Source of the DNA: an uncultured Clostridia bacterium | GTDB taxonomy: Bacteria > Bacillota > Clostridia > Oscillospirales > CAG-382 | Reading direction: 5' to 3' | NCBI GenBank assembly: GCA_944375955.1 | Contig: CALWBE010000026.1 | Location: 2,291 to 66,290, forward strand | DNA: 64,000 nt | In this document: in pieces, positions 1-9,760 of the stretch | Numbering within the stretch: position 1 is the stretch's first letter | How the letters are laid out: each line of letters opens with the position of its first letter | Notes under the pieces: model-generated | Told to the model about the DNA's origin: nothing | Seen by the model: only the letters and a program-made list of their open reading frames with translations | Databases searched by the model: none | Program-made: the position numbers and the translations under genes

Positions 1-34
1 TATGCTTCCGGAAACAATTTTTACAGCGGTTGGT

Positions 35-943
35 TCATTTTTTGTTATCAGCGCTCTTAAATCCCGCAAGTCTTTGTAATAACTCGGAATTGTCTGGAAG
101 AGGGCATTCTATTTTCATAGGCAACCGGGTCACCGGATGAATAAATTCCAATGAAGAACAGTGCAGACAAAAAGTTTTCCCTTCGGTTTCTGTTCCGTAC
201 AGATAATCATAACTGAGAGGACAGCCTATATATGCCATGTGCACTCTTATTTGATGTGTCCTTCCGGTAATGGGATGAACTTGTACTATACAGCTGCCGT
301 CATTAAAAGTGCACAGTACTTTATATTCTGTTTCTGCAGATTTGCCGTTTTTACAAACACATCTTTTTATTATACTCTCGCCGCATCTCTTTATGGGTGC
401 GGCGATTTTTCCTTCTTTTTCGGCAGGAGTTTTGGAAAGCAAAGCAATATATGTCTTTTTTATCTCGCCTTTTTTTATCTGTTCAGATAAAATTGCTCCC
501 GCAAGCCTGTTTTTTGCTATTATAACAGCTCCTGTTGTATCGCGGTCGAGCCTTGTTACCGGACGGTAAACAAATGGATCAGAACGATAATAAAACATAA
601 CCGCATTTCCTAAAGTGTTTTCATAATTATTAATGCTCGGATGTATCGGCATATCTTTAGGTTTTGAAACCGCAAGAATGTCTTCGTCTTCATAAAGTAT
701 ATCTATGGGTATAAAGCGGGGAACTACGTTTTCGGAAGGCTGTTGCTCGCTTAGTAAAACCGATAAAATATCACCAGAATTTACTTTTTCAATGACCGCG
801 GCGGTCTTGCCGTTGAGTAAAATTCCGCCGGTTCTTTTTAATTCGGTAAGTAACTTTGATGATACGGAAAGCCGGCTTTTTAAAAGTTCTCCTACAGTCT
901 TCCCTGAACTGCAGTTGTCTACAGTAAAATTTATTTTTCTCAT
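35..943 (-). CDS. RluA-family pseudouridine synthase (RluD-like, N-terminal S4 domain)
   Basis: ORF 35..1030. Motifs VTRLDRDTTGAVIIAK (catalytic Asp) and HQIRVHMAYIGCPL. Start moved to ATG at 943 (MRKINF...), which has AGGA upstream. Confidence 0.85.
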   Translation of the reverse strand: MRKINFTVDNCSSGKTVGELLKSRLSVSSKLLTELKRTGGILLNGKTAAVIEKVNSGDILSVLLSEQQPSENVVPRFIPIDILYEDEDILAVSKPKDMPIHPSINNYENTLGNAVMFYYRSDPFVYRPVTRLDRDTTGAVIIAKNRLAGAILSEQIKKGEIKKTYIALLSKTPAEKEGKIAAPIKRCGESIIKRCVCKNGKSAETEYKVLCTFNDGSCIVQVHPITGRTHQIRVHMAYIGCPLSYDYLYGTETEGKTFCLHCSSLEFIHPVTRLPMKIECPLPDNSELLQRLAGFKSADNKK

Positions 944-1047
944 ATTTATAGCGATTCCTGTTTTATAATTAAATATTAAAAATAAGGACGTCTCGGTAAA
1001 CGGACGTCCTGTATTTTTTGCACTGAACAAACAGTATAAGTGAGTTT

Positions 1048-4000
1048 TTATTTTTGCTCTACTAAATAATTATTTACTGTCGTATCGTTGTTGAATACGA
1101 TTATCGATGTGTCGTCTCCGCACATATTCGATATGATTTTCGCTGCATTTTCATTTGCATACCATGATGCTCCGAACAACGTACCCATAAGAGCTCCCGC
1201 TTTCTGAACGTAAATGTTATCGCGCAGTTCAAGTTTTCTGTCGCCTACTGAATATACATTTATCAGTTTGCCCGCCGATCTGTCAAATATATTGTTTTCG
1301 GTTACGAAGTTTTCAGTATTTTCCGTGATTCCGGCACTCTGGAACAAGGTTGCGCCTGTCATTCTCGGAACGCTTCCCCAGCCATAGCCGTTGAGTCTGC
1401 AAATATTGTCAGCAATGTATGTGTTATAGAATGTGTGCACTCCGTTTTCATAATCAGGATTATAATATTCAATAGACCAATGGCAGTACTCTATAACGTT
1501 GCCGATATATTTTACATTATCCATCGTTGCGCTTCCGTGATCATACGGGCTGTTGTACTGATGCGTTACTCCTGTATCATATATCTGATAAATCCAGTTG
1601 TTATACAGATACCATCCGTCGCAGCTTCCGTAAACCTGAAGGGCATTTCCGTAACGAGTTGTATTTACTCCGTGGAATCCGCGAAGAATAGAACCTCCGA
1701 GATAATCAAACGTACAGTTTTGTACTGTTACATTTTTAAGTCCGCCTATACCTATTGCGTGAGTTCCGGTAAATCTGAATGTAAAATTATCTATTGTAAC
1801 ATTTCCGGGCGCTGAAACTGATACGCAGCCCCCTTCACTGCCTATTTCAATATTGCTGAATCTGTCACCCGGATTTCCGTTTTCACAATAAAGATAAAGA
1901 GAACCTGATGAAAGATCGCTGAAAAATTCAAGGTCGTTTTTAAGATCTGCATATGTTGTTACTCCGTCTACGCCGGCAATTTTGAGTGTGCCGAGCGTCT
2001 CGTTGTAATTTCCTAAAATGCCAGTAAAATCAAATGCCATTATACCTACGTTTGAAAGGTACTGTGTGCATTTGTAAATATTCGGATATTCCGTCTGTTC
2101 CCACAGCGACGGGTCTGCATAGTTACGTTTTGATGAGTTTATTATCGGCTTTGCACCTTCTCCGTATGCGGAATATGTAACTCCTGCTATACATGAAAGA
2201 TTTCCGCGCCATTCTCCTCCGCGCTCGAATAAAACGACATCTCCGGCCTTTATATCTTTCATTGCCGCGATTCCCTTTAATCTTTCAAGCGTCTTCCATG
2301 CTGTTTCAGGGGTTTTTCCGTCAGCGGAATCATCTCCGTTGTTTGACACGTAGAATATGTTTCCTGTAGTCTGATAGTCACTTTCGGCATTTACTATATT
2401 GTCGATCTGCCATTTTGATATCTTATCTATACCGTCTATAAAATCCTTGCTCGATATATCTGAATATTTTTCACGGAGATTTCTTATTTGGTCTCCGACA
2501 GTAACTCCTTCTCCTGAAAGCAATTCAAAGTTGCCTTTTGTAATATCTTCAGTTGTGGTCCAAATTGCCAATCCGTTGCTTTCTGAAGGATTGCATGCCG
2601 CTATTATTTGAGATTTCGCCCAGTGTCCTTCAATATCTGTAAATGTTACGGCGCCTGTATTGCCTGTAGGAGTTCTTCCGAGAAAACGATTTACTATTGA
2701 CACTGCCTCAGCTCTTGTAATGTTATTATCCGGACGGAAGGTGCCGTCTTCATATCCGTTTATTACTCCCAAATACGCAAGCTGTCCTATAGAATCAAAA
2801 TATGGATTTGATGAATCTACATCAGGAAAACTCTCTATGCCGAACTGTTTGCCTTCATATATTAAAGTTAATATATGTCTTGAAAGCTCGGCAAATTCCG
2901 CACGGGTGATATATTGATTAGGTTTTATTTCATTATTTATCTCAAGTTTTTCAAGATATCCCAGCTTTTCAAAATATGCTATAACTCCCGAATACCAATC
3001 TGTAGAAGCAACATCTGAATATTCGCTTACCGCTATTGACGGAAGAACTGAAATATCGCTGCAAATGATTCTTGCAAGCATTGTTACCGCTTCTGCTCTT
3101 GTGATATTGTTCTGAGGAAGAAATGTTCCGTCTTCATATCCGGCAACATATGACGCTTCCTTATTGAGCGTTATTGCCGCTGCAGATTCACATGTTATAT
3201 TTACAATTCCTTCGGGAAGTGTGTAAATTCCGTTGCTATGGGATATCTCAGATCCGTTCGCATATACCTTGGAAGGAATAAATCCGTTTTCATCTGTTAT
3301 ATTGAAACCGGAAAGAGTTGTGCCGGTAAATACCGGTTTAACAGTAGTCCCGTCGGCTTTTATCAGATAATCGTACATTCCTTCGGTAATTTTGGAATTC
3401 TCTGTACTGTCTATTATGATTACTTTCCCATTTACAGTATCTTTTGCGGATATTATTTTTGATACGGTCCCTCCGTATAATGTTAAGCAGACATTTCCGT
3501 TTATTACAGAACCGCTGTCTGAACCGATATAAAGGTTGTTAATCTCGCCGCCGGAAACCGTAAGTGAAAGATTTGCATTTGTAATTCCGCTGTCTGAACC
3601 GGCAACGGCACGGTCAATAACTCCTCCGCTGACGGTTATATCCGAATTTCCGGTAAATGTATCCTGAGTGTTGTAATTTCCGGAATATACGTAATCATAT
3701 TCTCCTCCGCCAATCTCAAAGACAGTATCTGCTGTAACTGTCTGATCACCGAAAGAACCGCCTACTATTGATTTATAGTGGCCTGATGTCAATGTTACCT
3801 TGCCGAGTTGTTGACCGGACGTATTTGCTCCTACGGCAAAGATAAAAGGAGAAACATATGTAATTATATTATTTCCGCCATCTACAAATTTTTCCGTATA
3901 GTAACATTCCATTTCACCTTCGGTTTTGAAAATATGACCGTTTGTATGTATCGGAACGTCAGGATTTGTACGTATGGTGGCATTATTTATATATGTATCA

Positions 4001-4359
4001 CCGTTCCATTCTACTGAAAGCGCATCCTCAAAATCAAGAACGCTTCCGGAAACTTTTGAGTCGGTTCCTTCGAATGTAAGCGGTCCTCTTCCTTCTGCAT
4101 CAATATAGCTGCCAAGTTTCAGCGTTCCGCTGAATATAAGTTTTCCGCCGTCACTGCCAAGAGCTGACAAAGCTTCGTCAAGCATGCGGTATGCAGTATA
4201 TACTTCACCGTTATATGTTATTCTTCCAAAATTAGACACAAATACGGTGTTTACTCCGTCGATCACTTGTACCGATGGAGTATCCGCTGATAATACGCTT
4301 GCCGGCAAAGCAGCAGCGATCATTATTGCGGATATCAGAACTGCGATAAGTTTTTTCAT
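1048..4359 (-). CDS. Secreted cell-surface protein: signal peptide, GG-rich beta-helix-like N-terminal module, three SLH repeats, C-terminal right-handed beta-helix domain
   Basis: ORF 1048..4416. Start set to MKKLIAVLISAIMIAAALPASVLSA (cat at 4357-4359, GGAGGG SD upstream). SLH motifs include DGTFRPDNNITRAEAVSIVNRFL, DGTFLPQNNITRAEAVTMLARI and YITRAEFAELSRHIL. The C-terminal ~430 aa align by eye with ORFs 29780..31198 and 31231..32646. Confidence 0.8.
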   Translation of the reverse strand: MKKLIAVLISAIMIAAALPASVLSADTPSVQVIDGVNTVFVSNFGRITYNGEVYTAYRMLDEALSALGSDGGKLIFSGTLKLGSYIDAEGRGPLTFEGTDSKVSGSVLDFEDALSVEWNGDTYINNATIRTNPDVPIHTNGHIFKTEGEMECYYTEKFVDGGNNIITYVSPFIFAVGANTSGQQLGKVTLTSGHYKSIVGGSFGDQTVTADTVFEIGGGEYDYVYSGNYNTQDTFTGNSDITVSGGVIDRAVAGSDSGITNANLSLTVSGGEINNLYIGSDSGSVINGNVCLTLYGGTVSKIISAKDTVNGKVIIIDSTENSKITEGMYDYLIKADGTTVKPVFTGTTLSGFNITDENGFIPSKVYANGSEISHSNGIYTLPEGIVNITCESAAAITLNKEASYVAGYEDGTFLPQNNITRAEAVTMLARIICSDISVLPSIAVSEYSDVASTDWYSGVIAYFEKLGYLEKLEINNEIKPNQYITRAEFAELSRHILTLIYEGKQFGIESFPDVDSSNPYFDSIGQLAYLGVINGYEDGTFRPDNNITRAEAVSIVNRFLGRTPTGNTGAVTFTDIEGHWAKSQIIAACNPSESNGLAIWTTTEDITKGNFELLSGEGVTVGDQIRNLREKYSDISSKDFIDGIDKISKWQIDNIVNAESDYQTTGNIFYVSNNGDDSADGKTPETAWKTLERLKGIAAMKDIKAGDVVLFERGGEWRGNLSCIAGVTYSAYGEGAKPIINSSKRNYADPSLWEQTEYPNIYKCTQYLSNVGIMAFDFTGILGNYNETLGTLKIAGVDGVTTYADLKNDLEFFSDLSSGSLYLYCENGNPGDRFSNIEIGSEGGCVSVSAPGNVTIDNFTFRFTGTHAIGIGGLKNVTVQNCTFDYLGGSILRGFHGVNTTRYGNALQVYGSCDGWYLYNNWIYQIYDTGVTHQYNSPYDHGSATMDNVKYIGNVIEYCHWSIEYYNPDYENGVHTFYNTYIADNICRLNGYGWGSVPRMTGATLFQSAGITENTENFVTENNIFDRSAGKLINVYSVGDRKLELRDNIYVQKAGALMGTLFGASWYANENAAKIISNMCGDDTSIIVFNNDTTVNNYLVEQK

Positions 4360-4516
4360 CGTTGTGTTCCCTCCGTTTTTTACATGTGCTTTTATAAAAT
4401 AAAAGCTGTACCACAATTATAACATAAAATATGATTTATGTAAATAGATATATTAATTTTACAAACAGTTAAAAATATTGTATATTTTAACAAAAATATT
4501 TTTAATATCATGTGGA

Positions 4517-6649
4517 TTAGCATAATATTTTTTCCGCGTCGTCAAATATAATAATCCTCCCGTCCGGCATTTTCAGGCGTTTTTTGATATCAGCCGGAGA
4601 TTTTATCGTTATTTTAAACGTTTTTCCGTCGGCGGTCCAGTTTATATTTACGTTTACGTTTCCAAACCTTGTCGGAACCGTACCACTGGCATTACTTGCT
4701 CCGAAAGAATGGGGCTCGATTATTATTTCATCCTCAAACGAGTATTTTACTCCTAACATTCCGGATGAAAATTCATATAACGGCGCACAGCTCCATGCGT
4801 GGCATTCGCTGCGCGGAGAATCCGGATTTTCACACCATGTAGTGCAGTGAAGATCTATCATTTTTTTCCAGCCGTCAAAGTATTCGGGTGCAGTATCACA
4901 GGCTCCGCACTGTTCAAGTGCACGGAACAGAAAATAGTTCATTGAATATGAGCTTTTGCTTATTGTTTTATCATTTATTTTTCTTGCCATTTCAGAAGCC
5001 GCGTCACCTGAAACTAAACCTGAAAGTATGGCCCAGATTATAGTATGCATACTGTAAGTTCCGTTGCCGTCGTGATACATTCCTTTTTCAGGCGCATACA
5101 GCTTTTCATTTATTATTCCGCACAAGCTTTTATATCTTTCGTTATATTCAGATGCAAGCGCGGCTCTTCCGCATTTCTCCGCAATATATGAAGCGCATTT
5201 GAGACCGTATAACAGATAAAGGTTATATACTGTAAGCGGCTTTCCGTCCGGTACGGGAGGAATACCCCTTTCCCATCCGGGAACCCAGTCTACAAAATCC
5301 CATTCTCTTGAACGTGTCACAAGTCCGTCCGGGTTTTTCGCATATTCAAAATACATAAGTATCTTATCCATTGTTCCGGTAAAACGGCGGACAAATTTGG
5401 CGTCAGCAGAATAGTCGAGATAATCTTTTAAAAGAGATATCCAAAATATAGAAAATCCAGGAATTATCTGAATCAGCGTAGAAGGATAATTAGCGCACAA
5501 AAGTCCGCACGGCTGCTGTGAAGCTGCAAATTCACAAATGCACTTTCTTACCATTGAAACGTCACTTGTCATTCGCATAAATACCGACGCTTCTATCGCC
5601 GAGTCCATTATATATTGCTGCTGCTCATAGTAAGGGCAGTCTACAAATATTTCGCTTGTGCAGCACAGCATAGTATTTATGCTGATCTTATACATTTCAT
5701 TATACGTTTTATCAGAGCATGAAAATGAGCCGTCGAATTTCACCGGATAATTAAAGCGATAAGCGCTTATATCCTTGACTTTTTCCGTATCTTCGGTTTC
5801 TATCCGTATAAATCTGAATGCGCGGAACCAAAAGCTTTCGAATGTGAACTCTTTTTTGCCGGAGGTTACTATATCATATACCCCGCGGATCGTTCCCGTT
5901 GTGTCGTCTCGCATCCGTTTCCCGTCTTCAAATTCATAGCATTCGGCATATATGATTTTTGCCCGGCAGCCAGGTGCAAAACGTATCTTTACATTTGCTG
6001 TAACATATATACCGGCATCATATTCTATAAAATTTTTCCCGCGTCTGACCTCACTGAAATTTACTTCTTCTCCGGGATAAAGCATCGGTATCGGACGAGG
6101 CATAAGCCTAAAATCTATTGAGCCATACGGCGAACTGTACCCTTTGTCAAAATCTATATTGATCCCGGTCTCGAGAGGAAGTTCTTCAATATTTGAATCC
6201 CCGTTTACGTCCTCAAAAGGAAACACAAAAGTGTCGTTCCCTATAAGCTTGTGATTGGTTATACGAAAGATTTTCCATGTATTGTCGGTGACAAAAGCGT
6301 CGGTATCCGAGCGTCCCTCAAGAACGAGCTGAGGTTTGTCGCATTTTATACCTGTAGTAAATGAATTTTTTTCTGTGATATGAAATACTACGGCTTTTAT
6401 TTCGTTTTCTCCTGAACGAAAAAGATCGGTTGTTACGGTATCAAAATAAGATATGTCAGCCGAAGACCGGCATGGACCTTCGCATACATATCTGCCGTTT
6501 ACGAAAAGCTTATATCTCAGCGCGGCAAATATACGCAGCGTTACAGGAGAATCCGAAGAAAGTTTTACAGTTTTTACAAATTCATATACTCCGTCCTCGC
6601 TTCTGCCTCGACCGTCAACATGTATATGAGGCATAATATAAGACGCCAT
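4517..6649 (-). CDS. Cytoplasmic GH78-like (alpha-L-rhamnosidase-related, six-hairpin) glycoside hydrolase
   Basis: ORF 4517..6658, no signal peptide. The segment VDCPYYEQQQYIMDS resembles the DCPxRE..GWxGD region of bacterial rhamnosidases. Start placed at ATG 6649, 6 nt after GAGGTG; GTG at 6658 is also possible. Confidence 0.55.
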   Translation of the reverse strand: MASYIMPHIHVDGRGRSEDGVYEFVKTVKLSSDSPVTLRIFAALRYKLFVNGRYVCEGPCRSSADISYFDTVTTDLFRSGENEIKAVVFHITEKNSFTTGIKCDKPQLVLEGRSDTDAFVTDNTWKIFRITNHKLIGNDTFVFPFEDVNGDSNIEELPLETGINIDFDKGYSSPYGSIDFRLMPRPIPMLYPGEEVNFSEVRRGKNFIEYDAGIYVTANVKIRFAPGCRAKIIYAECYEFEDGKRMRDDTTGTIRGVYDIVTSGKKEFTFESFWFRAFRFIRIETEDTEKVKDISAYRFNYPVKFDGSFSCSDKTYNEMYKISINTMLCCTSEIFVDCPYYEQQQYIMDSAIEASVFMRMTSDVSMVRKCICEFAASQQPCGLLCANYPSTLIQIIPGFSIFWISLLKDYLDYSADAKFVRRFTGTMDKILMYFEYAKNPDGLVTRSREWDFVDWVPGWERGIPPVPDGKPLTVYNLYLLYGLKCASYIAEKCGRAALASEYNERYKSLCGIINEKLYAPEKGMYHDGNGTYSMHTIIWAILSGLVSGDAASEMARKINDKTISKSSYSMNYFLFRALEQCGACDTAPEYFDGWKKMIDLHCTTWCENPDSPRSECHAWSCAPLYEFSSGMLGVKYSFEDEIIIEPHSFGASNASGTVPTRFGNVNVNINWTADGKTFKITIKSPADIKKRLKMPDGRIIIFDDAEKILC

Positions 6650-6889
6650 AAATGTCACCTCTTTATTCTTTGCTGATATGTTTATAAATTATGAAAACAC
6701 AGACAGTTTTATATTGAGGAATGTAAAATTGCTCTTAATTAAAACTGACGCAGATTGATTTCCCAGTATAAAACAGGCTTGAATGTGCTTTTTTATCATT
6801 ATATCTGTATGAAAAACATATGTCAATAGAATCGTTTAAGTGACAGAAGGCGTCTTGCATAAATAAGAAAAACAAAGAAGGTTTTATTG

Positions 6890-7525
6890 TCAGGTTCTGT
6901 TTTTCTTTTTGTAAAATGATATTGAAATTTTTATGGATAAAATACTTACAGAGACTGCAAGCAATAAGGATACCGATATGATAATAAAAGCGGTCAGGTT
7001 AGAGGAACCGAAAACAAATTGAGCTAATGAATCTATAAAAAATCTTGAAGTAATTATAATAGCCGCGCAGAATCCCAATAAAATGCTGTACAAAATACGG
7101 GCTTTTTCAACTCCCGCTTTCATTACAAAGGGCAGTATTAAGGCAATAAGCATTACGCCTATATACTGACCGCCGATAAAATTTGAAAAATAACTGAAAT
7201 CGGGTTTAAATCCGGCGGCGTTTTTTACTGCGGCGGCAATAAGTTCCGCTGCCGCGCAAACTACCGATGAAGCTATTATCATTATCCAGCCCAGCACGTA
7301 TTTTGACAATACAAGCTGTCTTATTGTATATGGCATTGACGACGCGAGAATATCCCATTTTGAACGCTCATCGTATGCGATTGCAGTTACGGGGAGAAGA
7401 GCGGAATAAATTATCGCATATATTGAAAATGAATTTCCGGCAAAGGCAAACGCCGTTGTCATTAAAAGCAATATGGGCAGCTGTTTTTTCAACACATAAT
7501 AATCTTTAAGCAAAAGTCCTTTCAT
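6890..7525 (-). CDS. ABC-2 type transporter permease (multi-TM)
   Basis: 211-aa hydrophobic ORF with about 6 predicted TM segments. Its start overlaps the stop of the upstream ABC ATPase by 4 nt. Confidence 0.6.
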   Translation of the reverse strand: MKGLLLKDYYVLKKQLPILLLMTTAFAFAGNSFSIYAIIYSALLPVTAIAYDERSKWDILASSMPYTIRQLVLSKYVLGWIMIIASSVVCAAAELIAAAVKNAAGFKPDFSYFSNFIGGQYIGVMLIALILPFVMKAGVEKARILYSILLGFCAAIIITSRFFIDSLAQFVFGSSNLTAFIIISVSLLLAVSVSILSIKISISFYKKKNRT

Positions 7526-8382
7526 TTTAACTCTTCCCCTTTCGCAAAAAACAAAATAATGTCCTCAAGCGTAGTATGTTCGCACTTGAAATTTTTCGGG
7601 ATTCCATCTTTTCTTATCAAAGCTTCGGTATAATACTTATTCTCCCTTTTTCCTATAACGCTCTCAGGGTCAACCGCTTCAAAATTTTCAGAAGTAAGCT
7701 TTATTATTGCATATTCATCAAGCAGTTTGTCCTTTTCCTCAAAAAATACAATTTTTCCTTTGTGAAGGAATATTATATAATCGCATATTTTTTCAAGATC
7801 GCTCACTATATGCGAAGATATAAGCACTGTGTTGTTTTCATCTTCAGTAAAATCGCTGAAAGATTCTAAAAGTTCATCGCGTATAAGCGGGTCAAGTCCG
7901 CTTGTGGCTTCGTCAAGAAGCAGCAATTTGGGATAATGTGAAAGTGCCGATGCAATGCCGAGCTTCATCTTCATGCCGCGTGAATATTCCCTGAACAGCT
8001 TATTTTCCGGAATCATAAATCTTTTTAGATAATCGTTATATTTTTTTTCATCAAAGTTATCATATGTCGCCTTTAAAATGCTGCCAACCTGCCGCGCCGT
8101 TATCATTTCGGGAAAATACGATTCGTCAAGCACCGCTCCTATATCTTTTTTTACACAGTCAAAACTTTTTTCCTTTACATTATGCCCTAATACGGTTATT
8201 TCTCCGCTGTCAGCCTGCAGGGCTCCTAATATTATTTTGATAATCGTGCTCTTTCCGGCTCCGTTTTCACCGACAAGTCCTGCTATGCTTCCGCTTGGCA
8301 GTGACAGATTTATATTGCCGAGCGTAAAATCTTTATAGCTTTTTGTAACTCCTTTTAATTCAATTGCATTTTTATTGCTCAT
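7522..8382 (-). CDS. ABC transporter ATP-binding protein
   Basis: Walker A GENGAGKST, signature-like YSRGMKMKLGIA, Walker B LLLLDEATSGLDP. Confidence 0.9.
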   Translation of the reverse strand: MSNKNAIELKGVTKSYKDFTLGNINLSLPSGSIAGLVGENGAGKSTIIKIILGALQADSGEITVLGHNVKEKSFDCVKKDIGAVLDESYFPEMITARQVGSILKATYDNFDEKKYNDYLKRFMIPENKLFREYSRGMKMKLGIASALSHYPKLLLLDEATSGLDPLIRDELLESFSDFTEDENNTVLISSHIVSDLEKICDYIIFLHKGKIVFFEEKDKLLDEYAIIKLTSENFEAVDPESVIGKRENKYYTEALIRKDGIPKNFKCEHTTLEDIILFFAKGEELK

Positions 8383-8759
8383 TATGAATCTTCCTCCATG
8401 ATTAAGGTCAGCATTTCTGACAACTCATCTATGCCTATATTGATATATGATGCCGCTTCTTTTATTTTCCTCATATGAGTTTCAATGTCGCACAGACATT
8501 TCTCTTTTATAATCTCGCTGTTTTGCTTGGCTGCAAAACAGCCTTTTCCGGCTACAGTGTTTATATATCCGTCTTTTTCAAGCTCATCGTACGCTCTTTT
8601 GGTAGTTATTACGCTTATGCGCAGTTCTTTTGCAAGTGATCGTATAGACGGAAGCAACTCTCCTTCTTTTATTTTTCCGCTTATAAGCTGAGCTTTTATT
8701 TGATCGTATATTTGCTCGTATATAGGCTGGTTGTTTGCATTGCTTATTATTATTTCCAA
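8382..8759 (-). CDS. GntR-family (YtrA-subfamily) transcriptional regulator
   Basis: Winged-helix motif PIYEQIYDQIKAQLISGKIKEGELLPSIRSLAKELRISVITTKRAYDELEKDGYI. The long ORF has no ATG here. A TTG at 8759 or a GTG at 8771 gives the usual ~125-aa size. Forms a regulator-ATPase-permease operon. Confidence 0.75.
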   Translation of the reverse strand: MEIIISNANNQPIYEQIYDQIKAQLISGKIKEGELLPSIRSLAKELRISVITTKRAYDELEKDGYINTVAGKGCFAAKQNSEIIKEKCLCDIETHMRKIKEAASYINIGIDELSEMLTLIMEEDS

Positions 8760-8868
8760 AATTTCTATCACCCGCTTTTTATAACTGTATATATATGATA
8801 AACACAGTATATACGATATATACGGATTTGTCAATATATTTTTTTGAATATATATAGATTTTTTTATC

Positions 8869-8897
8869 TTGACAAATTTAAATAAGCGTGATATAAT
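8869..8897 (+). promoter_or_regulatory. Consensus sigma-A type promoter for tRNA-Glu
   Basis: TTGACA (8869-8874), 17-nt spacer, TATAAT (8892-8897). Lies 16 nt upstream of the tRNA 5' end. Confidence 0.6.
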
Positions 8898-8913
8898 TAT
8901 AAAGCTAACAGAC

Positions 8914-8988
8914 GGCCTGTTGGTCAAGCGGCTAAGACGCCGCCCTCTCAAGGCGGAAACATGGGTTCGATTCCCGTACGGGTCACCA
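8914..8988 (+). tRNA. tRNA-Glu (anticodon CUC)
   Basis: Hand-folded 75-nt cloverleaf. Acceptor GGCCTGT/ACGGGTC, anticodon stem CCGCC/GGCGG with loop CTCTCAA, T arm ATGGG-TTCGATT-CCCGT, encoded CCA. Near-identical architecture to Bacillus tRNA-Glu. Confidence 0.9.
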
Positions 8989-8993
8989 CATTA

Positions 8994-9035
8994 AAAAACG
9001 CGTATAAATTTGTTATACGCGTTTTTGTGTTTTTA
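8994..9035 (+). terminator. Intrinsic terminator after tRNA-Glu
   Basis: Stem AAAAACGCGTATAA / TTATACGCGTTTTT with a 5-nt loop, followed by a T-rich tail. Confidence 0.6.
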
Positions 9036-9064
9036 ATAAATTGTTTTAAAAAATTAAAAATATC

Positions 9065-9093
9065 TTGACAAAAAACATATGCAATGTTATAAT
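9065..9093 (+). promoter_or_regulatory. Consensus sigma-A type promoter for tRNA-Pro
   Basis: TTGACA (9065-9070), 17-nt spacer, TATAAT (9088-9093). Confidence 0.65.
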
Positions 9094-9111
9094 AACTCTT
9101 GCTGATAATAT

Positions 9112-9187
9112 CTGGGTGTGGCTCAGGTGGTAGAGCGCTACCTTGGGGTGGTAGAGGCCGTGGGTTCAAGTCCCGCCACTCAGACCA
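9112..9187 (+). tRNA. tRNA-Pro (anticodon GGG)
   Basis: Hand-folded 76-nt cloverleaf. Acceptor CTGGGTG/CACTCAG (C1:G72, typical of bacterial tRNA-Pro), D arm GCTC-AGGTGGTA-GAGC, anticodon stem CTACC/GGTAG with loop TTGGGGT, T arm GTGGG-TTCAAGT-CCCGC, encoded CCA. Confidence 0.9.
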
Positions 9188-9193
9188 GCTTGA

Positions 9194-9233
9194 CGCTGGA
9201 CTCGATTAGCTTCGGGTTCAGCGCTATTTTTTT
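9194..9233 (+). terminator. Intrinsic terminator after tRNA-Pro
   Basis: Stem CGCTGGACTCG / CGGGTTCAGCG (two G-U pairs), then CTA and a run of 7 T. Confidence 0.5.
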
Positions 9234-9760
9234 GTCTGGTCCATCGATTGATAAGAAAGACGCTTTTTCGGTTTTTTTGTTAAGCGGTTCTGAGCCGGTA
9301 TGTGCAGAGGGACTTTTTTATTTAAATATGCTTAAGATTATTGAAGGCATAATTTTTGTGTAATATCAGTATAAAGAGTGTTCATGGCTGAACACTCAAT
9401 TTTTATTTATGAAATATCAATAACACGGCGGCAAGTTTATTTTAAAAGATTTTGTAATCTGATAAACATATGCGAGTGTTAAAAAGTTCACATTTTGTCA
9501 TAGATTTATTTTAAGTACTGTGCTATACTTAACACTTAAATAAAGCATTATTCCAAGCTCAGCATTTTATTCTTTATATGCAGAAATTTTAAACGCAAAT
9601 ATATGAATTATTGATTTTTTAAAGGGTGTCCGGAGATATTTCTCGTAAAGGAATAAAGCTTTTACGAAAAGTCCTCGGACTTTATAATTTATATACGCGT
9701 CATATACTGAATATAGGGCCTGTGTAACTGTTTAAAAAAGCTTGCTGCGGCAAAAAGGAG

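Noticed and set aside
8948-9363. ORF-track entries 8948..9169 (-) and 9118..9363 (+)
   Set aside because: They overlap the two well-folded tRNA genes and their promoters and terminators. They have no SD, and the predicted proteins are low-complexity. Treated as spurious.
9495-9529. Possible atp promoter TTGTCA ... TGcTATACT
   Set aside because: The -35-like hexamer is 23 nt from the -10, which is too far. Only the extended -10 (TGC-TATACT, 9521-9529) remains plausible, so it is not listed as a feature.
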